From: Oceanispirochaeta sp.
Lineage (GTDB): Bacteria; Spirochaetota; Spirochaetia; DSM-2461
Assembly (NCBI GenBank): GCA_963666275.2
Contig: CAXXOA010000002.1
Span: forward strand, 992,001 to 1,056,000
Length of the DNA stretch: 64,000 nucleotides
Reading direction: 5' to 3'
A program made the translations under genes and the position numbers. The notes below the pieces were generated by a model that did no database searches, had not been told where the DNA came from, and worked only from the letters and a program-made list of their open reading frames with translations. Below, piece after piece: positions 1 through 8,090 of this stretch (the stretch's first letter is position 1; every line of letters starts with the position of its first letter).

Positions 1-66
1 AATTTTGATTTCAGTTACGGCAATAATACGCTGGATGATCAGTACGCCATCGTTCCGGCGCAGTAG
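1..66 (+). CDS. 3' end of a CDS entering the window (NFDFSYGNNTLDDQYAIVPAQ*)
   Basis: Frame 1 is open from base 1 to TAG at 64-66; too short to assign. Confidence 0.4.
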   Translation, partial: NFDFSYGNNTLDDQYAIVPAQ

Positions 67-355
67 AAGGATAAGGAATCTCTATTGCCTTACTGTATAT
101 AAGTATAAAACAGGGGTAGAAAGGATTGTTTCTCCTAGTGTCCCTGGATTGAAGTTTTCGCATTGTGAAGAGGGGGCTCTCTTCAATTCCAAAGATTAGT
201 TTTCCATTCATTCAGGACTGTTTTCATGACATACTGATCTTCTGAAGAGATTCCTATTTCAGGAATAAGCTAAAAACTCAAAGAAACACTTGTTCATTAG
301 TTTTCTATACATTACTATTAGACTTTGCAAAAATAAATGAACAGTGAGAAATTTA

Positions 356-1321
356 ATGAAGTTACTGAAATACACAATAGGCCTCTTTGCCCTGACAGTC
401 TGTCTTATAAGCTGCTCCCGGGATCTGGGTTTTACACCTGACGGAAACTCCCTGGAGCTTTCCCTGACTTTTCCCGGATCCGGGACAGACAGAGAAAGCC
501 GTCTGATCCATAGCGAATCGGATCAGCTGACCATTTCATTGACCTATCCCGACGGCAGTGTGATTGAACAGCAGTTTGACCGGAACAACTCAGATACAAC
601 TCTGGACGTGCTAGTGGAAGATCTGGAACCAGCCGACGGCGTTGAGCTGTATGTTTCCCTGGGATTAAAAGAGTTTGATCTGGTTCTCTCTGAAGCCAGG
701 GATTCCATTGATATAGAGGAAGGCAAAACTGTTCTGGAAGATCTGACTCTTCAGGCAGTGGAGTATGAAATAAGCGGTACTTTGAAAGATGAGTCGGGCT
801 ATCCAATAACAGATTTAAGTTCTGTTTCCATTAATGGCACAGACTTTCAGTTGGATAAAAATGGAAACTACAAATTTACCCTTTCTACAGAGATGGCTGA
901 TCATAGCTATGTGATTAATTATATTTATGGGGGAGAAATAAATTTGAATTTTGTTAGAACCGGTTTGGATGTTCTGAAAAACTGGAATAATTTCGAAATC
1001 CAGATTCAGAATGAAATGTATCTGGACTTTTATGTGTATGATTATAATACCGGTTTACCTGTCTCCGGGGCCACAGTGACATTAGAGTACTACTACTCTC
1101 CTGATTTCGTTACCGTCCCAATTAATATCGTATCAGACAGTACAGGTCATATATTCTTTCACTCAATAAATCACCCTGAATTGGACTTCAACAATCAATT
1201 TGAATTCTATACGATGACTATTTCCTATCCGCTTCTTCCAGATTTTGTTGATTATTTCTATGATATTGATAGTTCCTGGTACAGAACTGATGATATTCAA
1301 CTGGATGAACCATTGGTATAA
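356..1321 (+). CDS. Putative lipoprotein, N-terminal domain shared with the next gene
   Basis: Lipobox-like CLISC after a hydrophobic signal; RDLGFTPDGN motif shared with 1448..3310; start at ATG 356 or GTG 344. Confidence 0.75.
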   Translation: MKLLKYTIGLFALTVCLISCSRDLGFTPDGNSLELSLTFPGSGTDRESRLIHSESDQLTISLTYPDGSVIEQQFDRNNSDTTLDVLVEDLEPADGVELYVSLGLKEFDLVLSEARDSIDIEEGKTVLEDLTLQAVEYEISGTLKDESGYPITDLSSVSINGTDFQLDKNGNYKFTLSTEMADHSYVINYIYGGEINLNFVRTGLDVLKNWNNFEIQIQNEMYLDFYVYDYNTGLPVSGATVTLEYYYSPDFVTVPINIVSDSTGHIFFHSINHPELDFNNQFEFYTMTISYPLLPDFVDYFYDIDSSWYRTDDIQLDEPLV

Positions 1322-1447
1322 TTCAGGATCTCCTACCAGAATTGTCATGTTTCAGATATGAAGTCGTGATATTGGCGTTATATGATGTATATTATTGTAT
1401 ATTATTGAGTATAATGTATATTAATAGAATCAATAGGACGGCTGTTC

Positions 1448-3310
1448 ATGAAACTGATAAAAATAACAATTTTGATTATTGCAATCGGGGCTGCATTCAC
1501 AGGATGTAAACGAGACCTGGGTTTTACACCTGACGGAAACTACCTGGAGCTTTCCATCCGCTTTCCCCAAAGCGGCACATCCGAATCTTCCCGGTTGATT
1601 CACTCCCAGTCGGATGAGCTCTATATATCCCTGACCTATCCGGACGGCGATGTGGAAGAGGCTACCTTCACCAGGGACAGCTCTGATTCCACCTTATCGG
1701 TACTGGTGGAGGACCTGAGGGTTTCCAATAATGTGGAACTCTATATATCCCTGGGATTGAGTGAGTATGAGATTCCCCTTTCGGAAGTTACCACTACCAT
1801 CAATATCAAAGCCGGAGCGAATACACCTTCACTGCTGACTCTGCTGCCTATTGATTACACGGTGACAGGGACTCTGACAAACAGTTCCAATGCAATCCTG
1901 GGTAACCATTCCATCACATTGAATGATTCTACAAATATCACAACAGACAGCAGCGGGCATTTTTCTCTGACTGTCTCGTCTGAAGATCTTGAGGATTATG
2001 TTAAGTTCAAGATTGTTGATACTGAAACCTATGAACTGGCCAGAACAAATCTCTATCTGATCCAGAACAGAAATAATCTGACCTTGAAAGCCTCCCCGGA
2101 GATCTACCTGGACTTCTTTGTCCGGTCTGAACAATATGCGTTACCGGGAGCCCAGTATTATATCCGGGAAGGCGGAGAAAGCCTTATCCACTCCGGGACA
2201 GCTGATAGTCTTGGGCGTGTTTTCTATCAGGATAGTGATTATACCTCAGCCATTTCTCATCAGATTCAGATTAGTTATAATGATTTTTTTGTTAGTGAAT
2301 ATATATGGACTCCCGGAGCGCCTGGGGCTTTTGTTAATGATGTTGTGATGGATCCTTACATTATTTATTCAGGGTATGACAGTAATGCCGGTTCATATAA
2401 CCTCTACAGGATTAATAGTGCAGACTCTCTTGATGAAGATGTTATTAACATTGGGAACTTTGGTATAGGTACTTATGGCGTAAGAACAGCTGTTGATTAT
2501 CTGTTGGGGAAAATCTATCTTTGGACAAGTACCGGTTCTATCCAATATATAAGTGCTCTGGATGGGTGGAGCACATCTATTACTTCCTCTAATATTACAG
2601 CGAGTCTTCCACAAAATTATAGTTCTGTTCAGCAGATATTGCTTTTGGATAATGGGAACCTGGCTCTAGCTACTTCTTATGGAGTTGTTTTCTATAATAC
2701 ATCTACAAATTCAGTCACTTCCACGATCGATAACGGAGCGGCCAGTTATGGTCTGGTTATCAATGGCATCTATCAGGATGAAAACGGTGATATTTATGCC
2801 TTGGGATCTGATCGATTATCTGCCTCTCCCGGAATCCAGCGAATATATTCTGTTAATACAGGAAGTAAAACTCTGAAGGCGGATCTCTCATCCTATAATG
2901 CTTTTGCAGCCTATCCTCTCTCTTCAGGTTATATCGATGAATCTATGTATTCGTATATGTTAGGCCTTTATGAATGGGATTCCAAAATCGTCTCAATACT
3001 GTCTCAGGATAATCCCTATTCCAATACTAATGGGGAAGTTGTTTTTTTTAATCCTTCCGGCAGTACCTGGTCAACCAGTGGTTCGCCCCTGAAGGAAGAA
3101 AGCAGTGGTGATCCCTTCCTTTACTTGAGACCTATTGGTGTGTTACCTAACAATAAATTTTATTTTATTGAGAAAACCAATGGTTCTGACAGGAAGATTT
3201 TTTCATTGAATGATTCGGATGATGGTACTCCCACGTTGTTTCAGTATTCGAATCCTTCGGGAACAGCTGTAGATAGTGTTTATTATTACTACTCCGAACC
3301 CAGTTCATGA
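1448..3310 (+). CDS. Putative lipoprotein with Ser/Thr/Tyr-rich, beta-rich C-terminal region
   Basis: Lipobox-like AFTGC; 620-aa ORF; paralogous N-terminus to 356..1321. Confidence 0.8.
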   Translation: MKLIKITILIIAIGAAFTGCKRDLGFTPDGNYLELSIRFPQSGTSESSRLIHSQSDELYISLTYPDGDVEEATFTRDSSDSTLSVLVEDLRVSNNVELYISLGLSEYEIPLSEVTTTINIKAGANTPSLLTLLPIDYTVTGTLTNSSNAILGNHSITLNDSTNITTDSSGHFSLTVSSEDLEDYVKFKIVDTETYELARTNLYLIQNRNNLTLKASPEIYLDFFVRSEQYALPGAQYYIREGGESLIHSGTADSLGRVFYQDSDYTSAISHQIQISYNDFFVSEYIWTPGAPGAFVNDVVMDPYIIYSGYDSNAGSYNLYRINSADSLDEDVINIGNFGIGTYGVRTAVDYLLGKIYLWTSTGSIQYISALDGWSTSITSSNITASLPQNYSSVQQILLLDNGNLALATSYGVVFYNTSTNSVTSTIDNGAASYGLVINGIYQDENGDIYALGSDRLSASPGIQRIYSVNTGSKTLKADLSSYNAFAAYPLSSGYIDESMYSYMLGLYEWDSKIVSILSQDNPYSNTNGEVVFFNPSGSTWSTSGSPLKEESSGDPFLYLRPIGVLPNNKFYFIEKTNGSDRKIFSLNDSDDGTPTLFQYSNPSGTAVDSVYYYYSEPSS

Positions 3311-4194
3311 AAATAGCCAGTCTCCATTTTGGAAACGGAGGAGGCCATCTTTTCGGAGGGCTTGCCATCTGGCAGGCTTTCCGGAGATGTATCCCAGATA
3401 ATCTCTCTTTTTACTTACTGACAAACTCGGAGTTTCCTATTCCAGTTGAGGATCCCACTCTGGATATTCTGCGATTGCATCTGGAGCCCGGTAAGTTCTT
3501 TGCCCGGGACCGGGATACCATGCTCTATCAGTATCTGGAACATCTGGATCCGGATGTTATCATTGTGGATCATATCTGGTTACCGGTTATGCCTATACTG
3601 GAGTCTTTTAAAGGAAAAAAAATCATATATTTCAGACAGATACAACCTCAATGGCTGCAGACTCCGGAACTTCCGGATGGCTCCGTTAAAGCATTCAACC
3701 CGGAATCCTATGATCTCGTTTTCAATATAGAGCCGGGATTTGATCTGAACCATGCTGTGAAGGTTCCTCCGCTAATAGGAGTTTCATCAGAGGATGTAAA
3801 ATCCCCCGAAGTCATCCGCCGGGTTTTGAACGTGCCGGAAGGAAAGAAGTTAGCCCTCGCTGCTCACAACGGGCACCCCGGTGAGCTGGAAAAAATTCTG
3901 AAAGAAACTGATATTAACAGGGATGAATACCACCTGGTTTCTCTCAGTAATTTGAATGATGAAGCTGATCAGTTATTTCCTCTCTCCCATTATCTCTCCG
4001 GTGTGGATCTTGCCATCGGTGGCTGCGGCTATAATTTTTTCTATGAAACCCGGTTTTACGATTTAACGGCCATTTATCTGCCTCAATTTAGGGACATGGA
4101 AGATCAGCATTGGCGACTGGAAACAAACCGCCATTACTCCGGACCCTTTAACGGGGCTGAAATCATGGTGCAGAAAATCCTATCCTTGCTATAA
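3307..4194 (+). CDS. GT-B fold glycosyltransferase-like protein
   Basis: N-terminal GxGGGH, PDVIIVD, and C-terminal DLAIGGCGYNFFYE..AIYLP resembling GT28/PseG-type C-terminal domains; ATGA overlap with the upstream gene. Confidence 0.65.
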   Translation: MKIASLHFGNGGGHLFGGLAIWQAFRRCIPDNLSFYLLTNSEFPIPVEDPTLDILRLHLEPGKFFARDRDTMLYQYLEHLDPDVIIVDHIWLPVMPILESFKGKKIIYFRQIQPQWLQTPELPDGSVKAFNPESYDLVFNIEPGFDLNHAVKVPPLIGVSSEDVKSPEVIRRVLNVPEGKKLALAAHNGHPGELEKILKETDINRDEYHLVSLSNLNDEADQLFPLSHYLSGVDLAIGGCGYNFFYETRFYDLTAIYLPQFRDMEDQHWRLETNRHYSGPFNGAEIMVQKILSLL

Positions 4195-4221
4195 ATTGTT
4201 TTAATTACAGGAGTATCCATT

Positions 4222-5109
4222 CTGAAAGTTGTATCCCTTGGCCTGGGAACAGGTTCTGGCCACTTTTTTGTGTCTCTCACACTCTGGCAGTCTCTGAAAG
4301 AGATCTACAGGGAGGACCTCAGTTTTACACTCCTTCACTGCACGGGAATTGAATCTCCCCTGGATGATGAAACTTTGGAAGCTTTTCCTGTCAATCTTGA
4401 ACCTGAGTCAATGTTCACATCTCCCAGAAAGACCATGCTGTATCAGTATATCAAACATCTCGATCCAGACATTCTAATCGTCGATACCATATGGTTTCCT
4501 GTTTTCCCATTTCTGGATGAAATCAAAGCCAGAAAAATATTCCTTTCTGCCTATATGCCGCCTGAATGGTTTCTTCCCCATCGATGGGATCTGGAAGGGC
4601 TGTATGCCTTTGACCCAGATCAGTTTGATTATGTTTTTGCTATAGAACCCGGATTCCAGTTTCCCGGCAGTATCGAAACGCCTCCTGTTATCAATGTCCG
4701 GGAGTCTCTGCTTCAGTCTCCAGACATTATCCACCGTGTATTGGATGTTCCCGAAGGAAAAAAACTAGCACTGGTTTCTCACAACGGGGAAGAAGGGGAG
4801 ATTGAGGGCATTCTGAAGAACGCGAATATTGATCCCGAAGAGTATTGTCTCAGGTCCTTATCTTCCTTTGATGATAAATCGCAGGAATTATTTCCTCTGG
4901 CGCATTATATGAGCGGAGTTGATCTGGCAATAGGCGGATGCGGATATGGTTTTTTTTATGAAACCCGGTTTCATGAAATCCCTTCAATTTATATTCCACA
5001 GCCACGAATCGGAAATGAGCAGCATTGGAGACTTGAAAATAACCGCAATTATTCCGGACCATATGATGGTGCTGACAAGATTTCCAGGATGATACAGGAG
5101 CTTTTCTAG
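4222..5109 (+). CDS. GT-B fold glycosyltransferase-like protein, paralog 2
   Basis: Aligns end to end with 3307..4194 if started at CTG 4222 (LKVVSLGLGTGSGH); AGGAG at 4209-4213; the ORF track start at 4270 omits the GxGH motif. Confidence 0.65.
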   Translation: MKVVSLGLGTGSGHFFVSLTLWQSLKEIYREDLSFTLLHCTGIESPLDDETLEAFPVNLEPESMFTSPRKTMLYQYIKHLDPDILIVDTIWFPVFPFLDEIKARKIFLSAYMPPEWFLPHRWDLEGLYAFDPDQFDYVFAIEPGFQFPGSIETPPVINVRESLLQSPDIIHRVLDVPEGKKLALVSHNGEEGEIEGILKNANIDPEEYCLRSLSSFDDKSQELFPLAHYMSGVDLAIGGCGYGFFYETRFHEIPSIYIPQPRIGNEQHWRLENNRNYSGPYDGADKISRMIQELF

Positions 5110-5190
5110 TCTATGCCTCAGCTTTATGATTAATGGGGGGAAAAAACATAACTCCTTTGAAATGGATCGTCATTTCTTAAATCTTCCCTT

Positions 5191-5328
5191 TACGATTTAC
5201 CCGCAATCTACATCCCCCAATTCAGGGATATGGAAAATCAGCACTGGCGATTAGAAGTAAATCGCAATTACTCCGGACCTTTTGACGGGGCCGAAAGAAT
5301 CGTCAGGTTCATACAATCTCTACTGTAA
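5191..5328 (+). pseudogene. C-terminal remnant of a third glycosyltransferase-like paralog
   Basis: Translates YDLPAIYIPQFRDMENQHWRLEVNRNYSGPFDGAERIVRFIQSLL*, matching the C-termini of both upstream paralogs; in-frame stops upstream and no N-terminal part. Confidence 0.8.
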
Positions 5329-5448
5329 CTTCATAAAATTCTCTGTAATTGGGGAAAATTCCTACATACGAAAAAGATCTGGTATGCCATAATAGATAAG
5401 TTAGCACTTGAATGCCATGAGGAATATTAAAAGGAGACCCCTCATTCC

Positions 5449-6726
5449 ATGAATAGAGCGAATACTATTAAAAAATTATTTTTAATCAGTCTTTCAGCGC
5501 CTGTCTTTTTTTTCAGCCTACTCTTGTTGACTTCATGCAGTAAAGAGAAAACCCAGGTCCTTCAGGAAAGTCCGGTTACCCTTGTTGTGGAATCCCGGCT
5601 TTTTACACCTCCTGAAGAAAGAGCCTTTATTGTCAGTGAAATTCTTCCTGAATTCGAGTCTCTTCATAACTGTAAAGTTCAGTTTACAACAATGGATGAT
5701 GATTCTCTGCTCAAGAAAGCCCAGTTTCAGAAAGAGTCGGGAAAAGTCACTACAGATGTCATCATTGCTCACGACGGGATTATGAACGAGTGGATCAGGA
5801 ATGAGTATGTCATTCCGCTTCCCGTTCAGGAATGGACAGACCGCTCCTTTTCCAATGCTTTCCGTTTCAGAATCTCTTCAGGGGGAAAGATCTATTTCGC
5901 TCCCATCGGCGGAGATGTCTATCTGACTCTGATCAACAAAAAGGCTCTTCCCTATAAGCCCGCAGATATCGATCCGAAAAATCTCTCCTGGGAGGAGTAT
6001 GTCCAGTGGGGGAACAGTGTGGCTAAAGCTACAGGTACAGGACGGGTCGGTGTTACCGGAGTCCCTCAGAAATCCCTGATCTATATGCTGGGAGGGGTCT
6101 TCCTTTCCTACGGCGGGGAATTTCCGGTTCTCAATTCGGAGGGAGCTCTGAAAGGCTGGAAGCTTATGGTGGATATGAAAGAGGCATTCAGTCCTGAAAT
6201 CTCCCGATATGACAATGTCTCCTATCCAATGAAGTCAGAGGAAATCTGGATGACAGTGGCTCACATGGTCCGTCTGGGTGAGGTATACCGGAGCAATCCC
6301 GATCAGTTCATCCTGGCACCTGCCCCCCGGGGATCTGCAGGGATCGGAACGATTGCCGGAGCCAGCGGGTTTGCCGTTATGAATGGTGCTCCCCATAAAG
6401 ACCTTGCGATGGAATTTGTCAAATTTATGACGGAACCCTCACGGGCTGTCAAAATTTCCCAGGGAGCCGGAGGATTCATCCCCCTGATAAACGAGTCTCA
6501 GGGAATGCTGGGAGACTCCCCGGAAGATGAAATCATTGCCCAGGGAATTGAAATGCTGAAAACCGCCAGAGTTTCGGGTGTTCCCGGAGGGGATTATACC
6601 TCCTGGGGCGAGGTAAAGCAGGTCTATGATGAGGTTTTCAATGAACTGGTTTTTACAAGACAAAAGGTAGATCTGGATTATCTGAATGCCGCTCAGGAAA
6701 CCCTGAACCAGATGAGAAAGAACTGA
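5449..6726 (+). CDS. ABC transporter extracellular solute-binding lipoprotein (sugar-binding family)
   Basis: Lipobox LLTSC; SBP_bac_1-like motifs (LINKK, AMEFVKFMT). Confidence 0.8.
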   Translation: MNRANTIKKLFLISLSAPVFFFSLLLLTSCSKEKTQVLQESPVTLVVESRLFTPPEERAFIVSEILPEFESLHNCKVQFTTMDDDSLLKKAQFQKESGKVTTDVIIAHDGIMNEWIRNEYVIPLPVQEWTDRSFSNAFRFRISSGGKIYFAPIGGDVYLTLINKKALPYKPADIDPKNLSWEEYVQWGNSVAKATGTGRVGVTGVPQKSLIYMLGGVFLSYGGEFPVLNSEGALKGWKLMVDMKEAFSPEISRYDNVSYPMKSEEIWMTVAHMVRLGEVYRSNPDQFILAPAPRGSAGIGTIAGASGFAVMNGAPHKDLAMEFVKFMTEPSRAVKISQGAGGFIPLINESQGMLGDSPEDEIIAQGIEMLKTARVSGVPGGDYTSWGEVKQVYDEVFNELVFTRQKVDLDYLNAAQETLNQMRKN

Positions 6727-6733
6727 GTCTCTT

Positions 6734-7378
6734 TTAAAACAGATAACCCAGGCCCAGTTCAAAGCGGTGAAACCGTATGTCGGCCCTGGTGCCGTCTGTT
6801 CGTTCATATTCGGGGGATGTATAAAATGTTGTATACCTCAGATCCAGGATCCAGTGACCTGCGTCTTCTCTGTCTATGTCCAGACCCAAACCGGCAATAA
6901 AACAGGCATGCAGTTTCCTGTCCGGTTCTTTATCGGCAATAAGAATCTTTTCATCTTCACTTTTAAATGATCCCTCTCCGGAAAGGTATATCAGACCTGT
7001 TCCTCCCTGAAAGAAGAGTCTGACAGGACGTGTATTGAAATAGCTCCTGAAAATAAGAGGAACTTCCACAGAACTCTGGCGAAAGATATACTCTTCCCCT
7101 TCCACATCCAGACCGCAGCTGTTGACGGCGTAGGTCAAACCCGATTCCAGCGCCCAGGATTCGTTGGTAGTGAACTGGAGCAGGAGAGAGCCTGTTCCCG
7201 AAGGAATGGCGAAGCGTTTTGTATCCGCCTCCGCTCCATACCAGTCCCAGTAGCCCTTACCTGTTCCTATAGCGCTGTGAGCGGCTAGGCGGGCTCCCCA
7301 GTGCAGTTCCCCCGCATTGAGAAACCCCGCAGAACAGATCCCCATTAAAATGATCAGGAAGAAACGGTCTCTTCTCAT
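6734..7378 (-). CDS. Outer-membrane beta-barrel protein (PorT/OMP_b-brl-like)
   Basis: Signal peptide, amphipathic strands, VEVPL motif, terminal LGLGYLF. Confidence 0.65.
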   Translation of the reverse strand: MRRDRFFLIILMGICSAGFLNAGELHWGARLAAHSAIGTGKGYWDWYGAEADTKRFAIPSGTGSLLLQFTTNESWALESGLTYAVNSCGLDVEGEEYIFRQSSVEVPLIFRSYFNTRPVRLFFQGGTGLIYLSGEGSFKSEDEKILIADKEPDRKLHACFIAGLGLDIDREDAGHWILDLRYTTFYTSPEYERTDGTRADIRFHRFELGLGYLF

Positions 7379-8046
7379 GGCTTATTCCCCCGGGGAGGAT
7401 GACTTAATACGCCCAGTCCCATATCGATTCTGTTTATCCTTATATTACCGCTTCCTCCCTGATCCCAGGCGTAGCCGGGAGAGGTGAAGGGATGGGTAAA
7501 GCGAAGGGTCAGGACAAGGTCTTTTCGCTCTGTCAGAGGGACTGTATAATCGGCTCCGGCCTGCAGGCTGAAGAGTATCGTCTTTTCCGCCCTTACATAT
7601 TCATCCGATACGACCCTGCTGTCCAGGGTAATTTCCCTCCGGGTTGTTACGGGCAGAAGCGTCAAAGAGGGGCCCGCTCCCAGAGTCAGTCGGGATCTTT
7701 CAGACAGAGGGGGGGCCATCAGCAGGATAGGGAGCTCCAGCGACTGCTGGGTATAGAGAATCTTCTGATCCTCCACCCTCTGACCTGCCCGGGCAAAGAT
7801 GTACTGAAAAGACATGTTCAGGAGGCTCCGGCGGGAGAGGGGCAGTTTCGCCGTATAGGCCATTCCTCCTCCGGTTCCGGGATAAAGGGACCCTGACTCG
7901 GAAGGGTCTGTAGGCTCCCATAAGCCTTTACCGCTGCCCATTCCCAGAGAGAACAGGCCGGTAAATCCGGTTGTCAGATCCGCCGGATAGAGCCAGGGAG
8001 CAAGGACAAGGAGAATTGAGAGAAGGAGCCTTCTTTTTCCGGTCAT
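7375..8046 (-). CDS. Outer-membrane beta-barrel-like protein
   Basis: Signal peptide, LELPI motif, resembles the adjacent gene; ATGA overlap. Confidence 0.55.
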   Translation of the reverse strand: MTGKRRLLLSILLVLAPWLYPADLTTGFTGLFSLGMGSGKGLWEPTDPSESGSLYPGTGGGMAYTAKLPLSRRSLLNMSFQYIFARAGQRVEDQKILYTQQSLELPILLMAPPLSERSRLTLGAGPSLTLLPVTTRREITLDSRVVSDEYVRAEKTILFSLQAGADYTVPLTERKDLVLTLRFTHPFTSPGYAWDQGGSGNIRINRIDMGLGVLSHPPRGNKP

Positions 8047-8090
8047 ATAGTATTTCTACCATATTCCGGAAAAAACAACAGCCGGATATT

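Noticed and set aside
4057..5328. Diversity-generating retroelement TR/VR pair (GT C-terminus vs the 5191-5328 copy)
   Set aside because: Differences involve all bases, mostly third codon positions, not adenine-only; no reverse transcriptase is present
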